Source: a virus. Taken from it: a stretch of DNA of 64,000 nucleotides. Below the pieces are notes generated by a model. The model was not told the origin of the DNA. It ran no database searches and saw only the letters and a list, made by a program, of their open reading frames with translations. The stretch covers positions 32,001 to 96,000 of the IMG/VR virus record IMGVR_UViG_3300027917_000024, one strand, 5' to 3'. Positions 9,550 through 17,810 of this stretch are shown piece after piece. Position 1 is the first letter of the stretch, and each line of letters starts with the position of its first letter. The position numbers were made by a program, and so were the translations under genes.

Positions 9550-12422
9550 TGTCTGGTGTTTGTACTCTGTGTGGGCTATATAAAACTACAACGAATGTGA
9601 AAATCGATAGTGTTGTAGGTGAGATCAAGGCTACTGAGTGCAAAGAACCTATTGAGATAGCATTTATTGCGGAGGCCCCTGGAAAAGTCGAGGAGGAAAA
9701 AGGTATTCCTTTAGTGGGTCCTGCTGGAATGAACTTAGATACTGCTCTTAAATCGGCAGAAATTGATAGGTCTCGTGTGTTCGTTGGTAATATCTGCCGC
9801 TGCAAGCCTCCTAATAATCGAACCCCAAGCAGAACTGAGCAGCAGAAATGCTATCCCTATCTGTTAAAAGAGCTCAAAAAAGTCAAACCTAAAGTAATTG
9901 TGTGTTTAGGACTTGCAGCCACGAAGACTATTCTCAAAGACAGTACAATTAGGATGAAAGATGCACATGGTAGAGCATATAGTGGTAAACCTCTTTTAGG
10001 CTTTGACTGTATCATTGTCCCTACTTGGCATCCCAGTCCTACAACTTTCATAAATAACGAAGATCGGCGATTCCAGATGATGGCTGACATTCGTATAGCT
10101 AAAAGCCATTTAGAGGGTGAATCATTAAAGGATAAAAAGGACTGGCTTTCAATCACTGTTGCAAATTATGAGACTTGGCTCTTGGTTCTTCCAATACTCA
10201 AGAAGGCAACCCATTTTACCATCGACGTGGAAACAACTGGACTGAATGTTTTTGCTAAAAATGCGGAAATCACAAATTTTGGAATAACATCCCATGGTAA
10301 TTATGGTATTTCTGTTATTTGTAGAGAAGGAGATTGGATTAGAACAAACAAAGATGGAACTATCCACGACTATTTCAATGATTTTCTTACTGATCTCGAA
10401 GAGTTAATGGATACAATACCTACTGTTGCTCATAATATGTGCTTTGATGCCAAATACATGAAGAAAAAGTGGAACATCTGGCCAAAAAAATGGCTCTGGG
10501 ATACGATGCTGGGCCACTCAATTATTAGCCCAGGAGGTTCTGCCAAACTAAAGGACATAAGTTGGCAATATACTCCTAAGATGGGAGGGTATGAACATGA
10601 ATTGTTACAGGCTGGTGGGTTGGAGAAAGCAAATGCGTATGAGAGAGTAGATTACAATGTTGGTGATATCGTTTGTACGGATCGGATATATAATAGGCAA
10701 CTTGAGATCTTAGAAAAAGAGAAGAAGTTATTTCTTATGCAGAAGATTCTTATGCCAGCCGCTGAAATCTTCGCAGAGATGGAGTATATAGGAGTTGCTA
10801 TTGATGAATATGTTCTTAGAAACCTAGAGAAAGACTATGGAAAACGACTGTTAGATGAAAAAACAAAAATATATATGCACGGTACTATAATGCAATATAA
10901 CAGAACACACGGTGGCTTCAATCCCAGTTCAACAGATCAAGTTGGACAAGTGTTATTTGATAAGAAGTATTGTGGATTTACAGTCATAGACGTATCTGAC
11001 AAAACCGGAAAACCATCCTGCTCCAAAAAAGTTCTTGTTGAGTTACAGAGGAAATATAACAGTAAACTTGTAAGTATGATTCTAGACTACCGTGCGCTGT
11101 TAAAGCTTCATAGTACCTATCTCAAGGGAATGAAATCACAGCTAATCAATGGTCGGATACACACAAACTATCACCTAAACGTTGCGAGGTCAGGGCGTAC
11201 AAGCTCGTGTGTTGCGGAGGGAACTTTGGTAGATGTTGTACGAGATTTATCTAGGTATCCTAATGGTATTCCAATCGAAGATATACGCCCAGGAGATTAT
11301 GTATACTGTTATGATAATAAATGTAACCTAACAATCAGGAAAGTAAAATGGGCAGGAAGGACTGGAAGAGAGAAAGTATTAAAACTAAAATGGATTGGTG
11401 CTGGTAGAAAGTTTTCGGGAGAATTGAAAGTAACTCCTGAGCATAAAATCCGCCATTCTGATGGACATTATATAGAAGCAATAGATTGTAAAGGAATAAA
11501 TACTCTAGCACTTAGTAGAAGTTTGCGTAAATCTGGTAAAAGTAGGCTATTAATTTTAGATGTGTTAGATGAAGGAGAGATGGTCGATGTTTATAATCTT
11601 GAAGTAGAAGAGTTTCACAACTTTATTGCTAATGGTATCTGTATAAAAAATAGTGGACCCAACCTTCAAAATATACCCGAAGATAGTGATATAAAATCTA
11701 TGTTTATTCCAGATGTGGGATTTAGATTTATTGATTTGGATTATCGGCAGATGGAATTGGTTGTCTCTGCCTATTATACTGGTGATGAGGTTATGAAAAA
11801 GGCCATACTTTCTGGTGATGCTCATACATATATTGCAAAATTAATTTTTGGTATGGCAGAGGTAAGTGAAGATAATAGAAGGTTTGTAAAGACACTTAAT
11901 TTTGGGGTTCTCTATGGAATGGGAGCTGGGAAGTTAGCAGAATCACTTGGTATAGAGGAAGACGATGCAAGAAGGCACATAAAAGAATATTTTAATATTT
12001 TGAAGGCTACAAAAACTTGGATAGATAGAAGGCGGTGGCATGCTGAACATAAGGGATTTGTTACATCTAAATTTGGACGTATCAGGAAGTATAAAGCAAG
12101 GGAGGAAATTCTTCCAGGCGAGAAGGTTGAATATAACTCCGCTGTCAACCACCCTATACAATCACTAGCATCTGATCTTATGCTCTACGCTATGGTACAA
12201 TGGAAAAAGTATTTAGTAAAACGTGGTTTGTATCCACATGATGCTTACATGGCATTACAGGTACACGACTCTATTGTTAGTTGTGTCAAAGAGCAACTAG
12301 TTGAAGAACTCCTTCTGGCTAAAAAGAACGTATTTGAGTCAATCAAGTTCGAATTTATGACATTACCGTTATCAGTAGAACTAAAAACAGGCCATGATTG
12401 GGGTAACTTATCGAAAACATAG
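9549..12422 (+). CDS. polA: Family A DNA polymerase with N-terminal family-4 uracil-DNA glycosylase domain (SPO1-like architecture), 3'-5' exonuclease and mini-intein
   Basis: UDG4: CxxC, EAPG, GPAG, CRCKPPNNR, HPS. Exonuclease: DVETTG, HNMCFD. Polymerase: GRTSS/SGPNLQNIP, DYRQME, KTLNFGVLYG (Phe at the E. coli 762-equivalent), VHDS. Confidence 0.95.
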   Translation: MSGVCTLCGLYKTTTNVKIDSVVGEIKATECKEPIEIAFIAEAPGKVEEEKGIPLVGPAGMNLDTALKSAEIDRSRVFVGNICRCKPPNNRTPSRTEQQKCYPYLLKELKKVKPKVIVCLGLAATKTILKDSTIRMKDAHGRAYSGKPLLGFDCIIVPTWHPSPTTFINNEDRRFQMMADIRIAKSHLEGESLKDKKDWLSITVANYETWLLVLPILKKATHFTIDVETTGLNVFAKNAEITNFGITSHGNYGISVICREGDWIRTNKDGTIHDYFNDFLTDLEELMDTIPTVAHNMCFDAKYMKKKWNIWPKKWLWDTMLGHSIISPGGSAKLKDISWQYTPKMGGYEHELLQAGGLEKANAYERVDYNVGDIVCTDRIYNRQLEILEKEKKLFLMQKILMPAAEIFAEMEYIGVAIDEYVLRNLEKDYGKRLLDEKTKIYMHGTIMQYNRTHGGFNPSSTDQVGQVLFDKKYCGFTVIDVSDKTGKPSCSKKVLVELQRKYNSKLVSMILDYRALLKLHSTYLKGMKSQLINGRIHTNYHLNVARSGRTSSCVAEGTLVDVVRDLSRYPNGIPIEDIRPGDYVYCYDNKCNLTIRKVKWAGRTGREKVLKLKWIGAGRKFSGELKVTPEHKIRHSDGHYIEAIDCKGINTLALSRSLRKSGKSRLLILDVLDEGEMVDVYNLEVEEFHNFIANGICIKNSGPNLQNIPEDSDIKSMFIPDVGFRFIDLDYRQMELVVSAYYTGDEVMKKAILSGDAHTYIAKLIFGMAEVSEDNRRFVKTLNFGVLYGMGAGKLAESLGIEEDDARRHIKEYFNILKATKTWIDRRRWHAEHKGFVTSKFGRIRKYKAREEILPGEKVEYNSAVNHPIQSLASDLMLYAMVQWKKYLVKRGLYPHDAYMALQVHDSIVSCVKEQLVEELLLAKKNVFESIKFEFMTLPLSVELKTGHDWGNLSKT
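11208..11651 (+). mobile_element. Mini-intein (148 aa, no endonuclease) in PolA
   Basis: GRTSS|CVAEGT...VTPEH...VYNLEVEEFHNFIANGICIKN|SGPNLQ. The penultimate residue is Lys instead of His. Confidence 0.92.
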
Positions 12423-12495
12423 GATAAAAAATTTCAACTTTTTTTGATAAAAACACCATTCTCATGCATCTTTAATAATAGAGGAGGAAAAAGAC

Positions 12496-12684
12496 ATGGC
12501 ACAAAAAGTGGAAGACATTACTGGTACAAGTATTTCATTCAGAATTACTTATGAGCAAAAACAAAAATTACTGAAGATTGCAGAGGAAGTGGAAAAGGGA
12601 TGTGGAACTCCAGCAACTCTTACAGACATTATCAAGACTGCAGTGAAACAGACCTGGGGAATCGATTTATATAAGGAGAAATAA
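12496..12684 (+). CDS. Small ribbon-helix-helix-like regulator
   Basis: GAGGAGG RBS. Alternating strand TSISFRIT followed by two helices (KQKLLKIAE, LTDIIKTAV). Confidence 0.6.
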   Translation: MAQKVEDITGTSISFRITYEQKQKLLKIAEEVEKGCGTPATLTDIIKTAVKQTWGIDLYKEK

Positions 12685-12685
12685 G

Positions 12686-13078
12686 ATGGGAGATCTAGAA
12701 CTTGATCTTTCGATTGCGGCGAACAATACCCCACTACTTCTTGAGCAACTACAAAAGTCTCCTCATATTTATTGGCAGTTTGCAATGAAATATGAAGAAG
12801 CGAAGCGAGCAGTGGCCAATCAAAAGCTGGAGATAAAGGTACGGGAAGCAACACTTTCAAGGAATCTAAGAGACGAAAAAGGAAAAGCACTATCTGATGC
12901 AAAGATAGAGAGAATGCTTTTTACTTTTGATGAGTATTGTTCGTTACATGAGGAACTGAACAAGAGAAAGGAGATTGAAGGGAAGTGTAGTGCTATTGTA
13001 AGGGCTCTTGAGCAGAGACACCACATTATGACAACCGTGGCCTCACTCATTAAACACGAACTCAGACAAAGTATTTAG
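12686..13078 (+). CDS. UvsY-like recombination mediator (coiled coil)
   Basis: 130-aa helical protein with an SDAKIE..L...EY pattern, directly upstream of SSB and near RecA. Confidence 0.55.
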   Translation: MGDLELDLSIAANNTPLLLEQLQKSPHIYWQFAMKYEEAKRAVANQKLEIKVREATLSRNLRDEKGKALSDAKIERMLFTFDEYCSLHEELNKRKEIEGKCSAIVRALEQRHHIMTTVASLIKHELRQSI

Positions 13079-13171
13079 AAAGGAGGATTCTACGCAAAAT
13101 TAATTCAAAACCAATAAAAATTCAAAACAAGCAACAAGCAAGTACCGCAAAAAGCAAAAAGGAGATTAAAA

Positions 13172-14155
13172 ATGGACAAATTCGATGTCAACTTAGATGC
13201 TAATGTAAGAAAGAGACTATTCTTCGGCAAGGTATGTGAAGCTCAAAAGGGTGGAGATTGCCAAGAGTGTGCTAAGGCAAGTGATCTATTTCGTCAATCA
13301 AGAGCACAATCAGATCAAGGAAAAAAGAAAGAACTAGAAGATCAAGCCAGAGGTCTCTATGCCAAGAGCCGCATCTTTATCAATGCCATTAATGTGAGGG
13401 ACGAGGACAAAACATATCCTGTTCGTATCTATGCAATACCTCCTCTTGTCTATGATGAGGTAATCAGTGTAATCAGAGGTGCGAGGCAACTTGATCCGCA
13501 AAAGAATGTTTTTCATCCATTAACTGGCCATAATATACTCATCACAAAAAGAGGAAGTGGAATCCTCACACGATATTCCACACAGCTAGACCAAAATCCA
13601 AGTAAGATTCCAAACGAGGAATTACTTGCACAACTTCAGGGGGGAGATCGTAGTGGTCTACACAATCTTAATATGGTTGAGGAGTTTATCAATGACAATT
13701 ATTTACACATCACCACCCTCAATAATGACCAGAATCTGATAAGGCTTCTTCCTCCGTTTGAAGATCAGACCATTTACAAAGAGATTAAATTCCATAGATT
13801 CACTATAGGTTCTTACAGGAGCATTAGTGATGGAAATAGTGGAAGTAGAGTTCCTGATCCAAAAGAATCAGGTCATAGTTTAGATGGTCCTAGTTTTGAT
13901 GACCAAGGTATGCAGGACGAATTTGATCCATCTGCTCTCGAAGATATTCAAGAATTTACTCCTGATACCAATCCAGCACAAGCAGAACCCGTCCCTGTTA
14001 AAACTGAAGCACTACCACAAACCTCTAATGATTCAGTAGTTAATGCTTTAAAGGAGGAAATTAAGAAAATCGAGGCGGGTGCTGGGAAGGAGGAAACAGA
14101 GAGGATTTTGGAACGGCTCAAAGAGATTAAGAGTGAAGCTATAGGAAGTACCTAG
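13172..14155 (+). CDS. gp32-like single-stranded DNA-binding protein, apparently circularly permuted
   Basis: C-x7-CxxC, K.R.F.NAI, G.NILITK.G.G..TRY and IRLLP...H.F segments; acidic tail; AGGAG RBS. Confidence 0.8.
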   Translation: MDKFDVNLDANVRKRLFFGKVCEAQKGGDCQECAKASDLFRQSRAQSDQGKKKELEDQARGLYAKSRIFINAINVRDEDKTYPVRIYAIPPLVYDEVISVIRGARQLDPQKNVFHPLTGHNILITKRGSGILTRYSTQLDQNPSKIPNEELLAQLQGGDRSGLHNLNMVEEFINDNYLHITTLNNDQNLIRLLPPFEDQTIYKEIKFHRFTIGSYRSISDGNSGSRVPDPKESGHSLDGPSFDDQGMQDEFDPSALEDIQEFTPDTNPAQAEPVPVKTEALPQTSNDSVVNALKEEIKKIEAGAGKEETERILERLKEIKSEAIGST

Positions 14156-14156
14156 T

Positions 14157-14540
14157 ATGGATCTGCTTGGGCGAGATAAATTATATGCTACGGAATGGGT
14201 TGAGCGAACATTTGAATATGTTCGCTCAGCCAGGACCGTATTGAGAGAGACAGGAGAACTTTCATTCATCTTAACATTTCAGCCGAGAGATTTTGAGCCT
14301 AGAAAGGACCTCGATGATATTATTGCTATTTCTGAATCAGTGATGATTTATGATATTAACTTGTATATTGACTCATACTATTTCATTTACCAAGTTGGAG
14401 AAGAGACAACACATAAAGTTGGTCATATCTACACAGAGGATCTTTTAGCATATAATCGGAAGCTAATAACTTTTGAGCAAGTAATGGAGAAATTAGAATA
14501 CACCAGCCTACTTGAAACCGATGATAAAGATAGATCCTAA
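14157..14540 (+). CDS. Hypothetical protein
   Basis: Operon-packed ORF. Confidence 0.65.
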   Translation: MDLLGRDKLYATEWVERTFEYVRSARTVLRETGELSFILTFQPRDFEPRKDLDDIIAISESVMIYDINLYIDSYYFIYQVGEETTHKVGHIYTEDLLAYNRKLITFEQVMEKLEYTSLLETDDKDRS

Positions 14541-14853
14541 TCTTGAGTCAGCTTGGGAGTTGATGATAGAAAATCAAGATGTTTTTAGTGAGAAGGATTT
14601 AATAGTACTTCTTGAAGGACATCTTAATTATGATGTGGCAATAGGACTACGAGGTATAGATGCAATCCCGCCGTGCTATCAGTATGCTCCGTGTATAGAT
14701 TGTGTATATGTAAATTTTTGTAGGAATCAAGAACGACGGCTTCAAGGAGGATTAAGTGATGCAAGTAGACGAATCGATGAAGACAGTTACCGCAAACAAC
14801 TGCTTAAAGATCTCGGTAGAATTCTCTCTGACAGTGAATCTTGGGAATTTTAA
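14521..14853 (+). CDS. Hypothetical Cys-motif protein
   Basis: PPCY...CIDCVYVNFC putative metal site. Overlaps the next gene by about 95 nt. Confidence 0.55.
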   Translation: MIKIDPNLESAWELMIENQDVFSEKDLIVLLEGHLNYDVAIGLRGIDAIPPCYQYAPCIDCVYVNFCRNQERRLQGGLSDASRRIDEDSYRKQLLKDLGRILSDSESWEF

Positions 14854-15022
14854 TAGTGCCAAACTGGGATGCTCGATGGAAGATATTATTGAGAATGAGG
14901 ACGAATTCGAGATCAAGTTCGATCATATATACAAAAAGTTAAGGCGTAAAGTTGTAAATGAACTTGCTGATATTAATAAAGAATATATTGCTGGGAAAAA
15001 GGATCGGGGGATTGCTGGATGA
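14759..15022 (+). CDS. Conserved-looking small phage protein
   Basis: AGGAGG at 14745-14750; TVNLGNFNSAKL motif resembles one common in phage replication regions. Confidence 0.65.
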   Translation: MQVDESMKTVTANNCLKISVEFSLTVNLGNFNSAKLGCSMEDIIENEDEFEIKFDHIYKKLRRKVVNELADINKEYIAGKKDRGIAG

Positions 15023-15519
15023 ATAAGAATCAAAAGCTGAGAAATATTATTGAATATGGTGGTGATGATGTAGAAGTTACTAGAATAACAAATACTCTCT
15101 ACAGGGTTGGATACTGTAGCCGATGTGGGAGCTGTTGTAAGAATATCGATATAAGTAGCCGAGTGAGTGAATATGTTATTGAATGGTTAAAGGGATATGG
15201 TGTTGGTGTGCAGGTAAAGGATAATATTTTTGAGAGTCCAGATGAGCGGTCCAAATATGAGTATTCCGCAACCCTTAGTTTTCCTATTACGTGCAAACAC
15301 CTAGACGAGGTACGGGCAGAAGTCGACAAAAAAGCGACCTGTCTATGTACATGTAAAAGATATAAGGATCGACCAGCAGTATGTAAATTATATCCAAGAA
15401 AAACGTCTAAATGGCCAACGTGTACATATGTATTTCTAGATGATGACAACATGAAATGGTTCGTAAGCGAGTGGGAGAAAAAACATGGCAAAGAGAAAAA
15501 AATCAAGTTCGTCTCTTGA
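15019..15519 (+). CDS. YkgJ-family (CxxCxxCC) cysteine-cluster protein
   Basis: CSRCGSCC...CKHL...C..Y..RPAVCKLYP. Confidence 0.8.
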   Translation: MNKNQKLRNIIEYGGDDVEVTRITNTLYRVGYCSRCGSCCKNIDISSRVSEYVIEWLKGYGVGVQVKDNIFESPDERSKYEYSATLSFPITCKHLDEVRAEVDKKATCLCTCKRYKDRPAVCKLYPRKTSKWPTCTYVFLDDDNMKWFVSEWEKKHGKEKKIKFVS

Positions 15520-16627
15520 TTCTAACACACTTGAACAGAACGCCGATAATATCATAAGCCAACTTACAAAAGAATTTGGGGAAGGTACAGCTTTTCGAAG
15601 TGAATCTAATTTTGAGTTTTCTAATAAAGGTGTTATCTCAACTGGCATCCTTAGTCTAGATCGAGCTCTCGGAGTTGGAGGGCTACCAATTGGAAGGATT
15701 ATAGAAGTATTCGGTACGGAGATGTCAGGCAAGAGCAGCTTAGCATTCAAGGCAGCTGGTGAGGCGCAGCGTAAGGGTATTGTTGCTGTATATATCGATC
15801 TGGAACATTCTCTTGATATGGAACTGGCAAGAAATAGTGGTATGGATATTGTGGAGAACTGTGTAATTTCCCAACCGGCATTTGGCGAAGAAGCTATGAA
15901 AACTATTGAGATGATTATCCGTGGGGGCTATAAGGTTTTCGTAGTGGTTGACTCTGTCGCCGCATTATTACCAAAAGTAGAACTTGATACTGGATTTACA
16001 GAGCCTACCCAACTTGGACGGCAAGCCGCACTTATGACAGAGGCACTACGAAAACTTGCTGGTCTTATTTCAAAATCAGATTGTACAGTATTATTTGTAA
16101 ATCAAACCCGCCAGAAGATTGGTAGTTACTTCCCAGGAGCAAAGAGTACTCCTGGTGGTAATGCCTTGAAATTCTACTCATCAATCCGTCTCCAGGTTAG
16201 TAATGTAGGAAAGCTGACACAAGGAACAGATATTGTAGGTCATACTGCCAAAATAAAAGTTGAGAAGAACAAACTAGCAGCACCATTCAAGGAAGTTAAT
16301 GTCGATTTATTTTATGGGAGCGGTTTTTGCGGGATTGCTGATATTCTAAAAATTGCTGAAGCTCATGATATTGTAACTCGCTCTGGTTCCTGGTATGCAT
16401 ACGGCGAAGAAAAATTGGGGCAAGGACTTTTTAGTAGTTTAAAAACTTTGATTACAAATCCAGAATGGTATTTCGAGATACGAGATCAAGTTGCTAATCT
16501 GTTAGGGACCACTTTAACCCATAGGGAAATGTATTATGATAAAACCATAAAAATTGGAGACGAAGTGTGGCAACCAGAAACAATCGATAACAAGGATATT
16601 CCCGATTCTACAGTAAAGGCAGAGTAA
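15485..16627 (+). CDS. recA: RecA recombinase
   Basis: STGILSLDRALGVGGLP, GTEMSGKS, VDSVAAL, NQTR, PGGNALKFYSS and KNKLAAPF motifs. Confidence 0.97.
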   Translation: MAKRKKSSSSLDSNTLEQNADNIISQLTKEFGEGTAFRSESNFEFSNKGVISTGILSLDRALGVGGLPIGRIIEVFGTEMSGKSSLAFKAAGEAQRKGIVAVYIDLEHSLDMELARNSGMDIVENCVISQPAFGEEAMKTIEMIIRGGYKVFVVVDSVAALLPKVELDTGFTEPTQLGRQAALMTEALRKLAGLISKSDCTVLFVNQTRQKIGSYFPGAKSTPGGNALKFYSSIRLQVSNVGKLTQGTDIVGHTAKIKVEKNKLAAPFKEVNVDLFYGSGFCGIADILKIAEAHDIVTRSGSWYAYGEEKLGQGLFSSLKTLITNPEWYFEIRDQVANLLGTTLTHREMYYDKTIKIGDEVWQPETIDNKDIPDSTVKAE

Positions 16628-16628
16628 T

Positions 16629-17810
16629 ATGCGAACAGAACATATAGATCTCGGTGACACAAATCAGATCATTCTTTTCTCTGATATACATTTCCACGAG
16701 TACAAACCATTCTCTAAACCTACGACAGATGGGATTGGTTCTAGGTTTCAATGGATCTTACATGCAATGGATCTTATTTTCGAGTATGCCGTAGCAGAGA
16801 AGATAAAACATTTATTCTTTCTCGGCGATCTCTACCATCAGCGTACCCTCATATATAGTGTCGTATTTGACAGGGTAGCAGCTTGTATCGAGAGGGCCAA
16901 AGAATCTGGATTGGAAATACATGCTATATTAGGGAACCATGACTATGTATATAATAATGACAATTCTCCTTCTATCGTAAAGAGAATTCGAGGGTTGGAT
17001 GTTATAGATTCTCCTACTTTGTATCTTTTAAGAGATAGGGACGAGAAGATAGGATGTATGCCCTTCCGATTCAAACTTCCACAACTAAGAGAGGATCTGA
17101 AGGAGCTGCGTGAAGCTATAGAGGATTTGCCACCACACCAAATTGATGCTGACCATTTACTTTTAGGGCATTTTGAGATAGATGGTGCCGCAGTGAATGA
17201 TGAATATGTTCTGAGTGAAGTAATTGATAAAAGCGAATTTGAAGGAACTCACTTTAAGTTTATATTGTCTGGTCATATACACAAACGTCAGGCTCTCGCT
17301 ACTAATAATGGTCAAGTGATTGAATATATTGGTACTCCTTTACAGCACACTTTTACAAATGAAGGATCCCCATACGGTTTTGTTGTTTATGATTTTGAAG
17401 GAGAAGCCAAGTCAAAACACATCGAACTGAGTGATATGGCCGATTTTCCAGAGTTTGTTACCTTGGAATTTCGTTCACAAGACGATGTAAAGGCAGCTAT
17501 TCGTGATAAGAAAAATAGGTTTAACATTGACTATTACAGACTAAGAACTTATGCAGATGATCTCAAATTAGAGAGTATATTCAAAAGGCTTCCTAACTAT
17601 ACTTTTGAACCAATGGGGGTGGAGACTAGCCAGAACACCGAATCTGAGGAGGATGAAGGTGCGCTTAAATTCAACTTAAATATTGGTCATTATTTAAGAT
17701 TATTTGCAGAGCAGGAAGCGGGTACACAAACATTGGATTGGCTTGATATTAATCTGCTTGTGGAATATCTAATGAAAGTAGCAACAAAAGGAAATATATG
17801 TCTAGAGTAA
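16629..17810 (+). CDS. SbcD/Mre11/gp47-like metallophosphoesterase nuclease subunit
   Basis: SDIH, GDLYH, GNHD, GH and SGHIH motifs; adjacent to an SMC-type ATPase. Confidence 0.9.
   Translation: MRTEHIDLGDTNQIILFSDIHFHEYKPFSKPTTDGIGSRFQWILHAMDLIFEYAVAEKIKHLFFLGDLYHQRTLIYSVVFDRVAACIERAKESGLEIHAILGNHDYVYNNDNSPSIVKRIRGLDVIDSPTLYLLRDRDEKIGCMPFRFKLPQLREDLKELREAIEDLPPHQIDADHLLLGHFEIDGAAVNDEYVLSEVIDKSEFEGTHFKFILSGHIHKRQALATNNGQVIEYIGTPLQHTFTNEGSPYGFVVYDFEGEAKSKHIELSDMADFPEFVTLEFRSQDDVKAAIRDKKNRFNIDYYRLRTYADDLKLESIFKRLPNYTFEPMGVETSQNTESEEDEGALKFNLNIGHYLRLFAEQEAGTQTLDWLDINLLVEYLMKVATKGNICLE

Noticed and set aside
12444-12476. Sigma70 promoter upstream of the RHH gene (TTGATA...)
   Set aside because: The -10 at 17-bp spacing (CATCTT) is poor. 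A promoter in this gap is plausible but not supportable from sequence alone.
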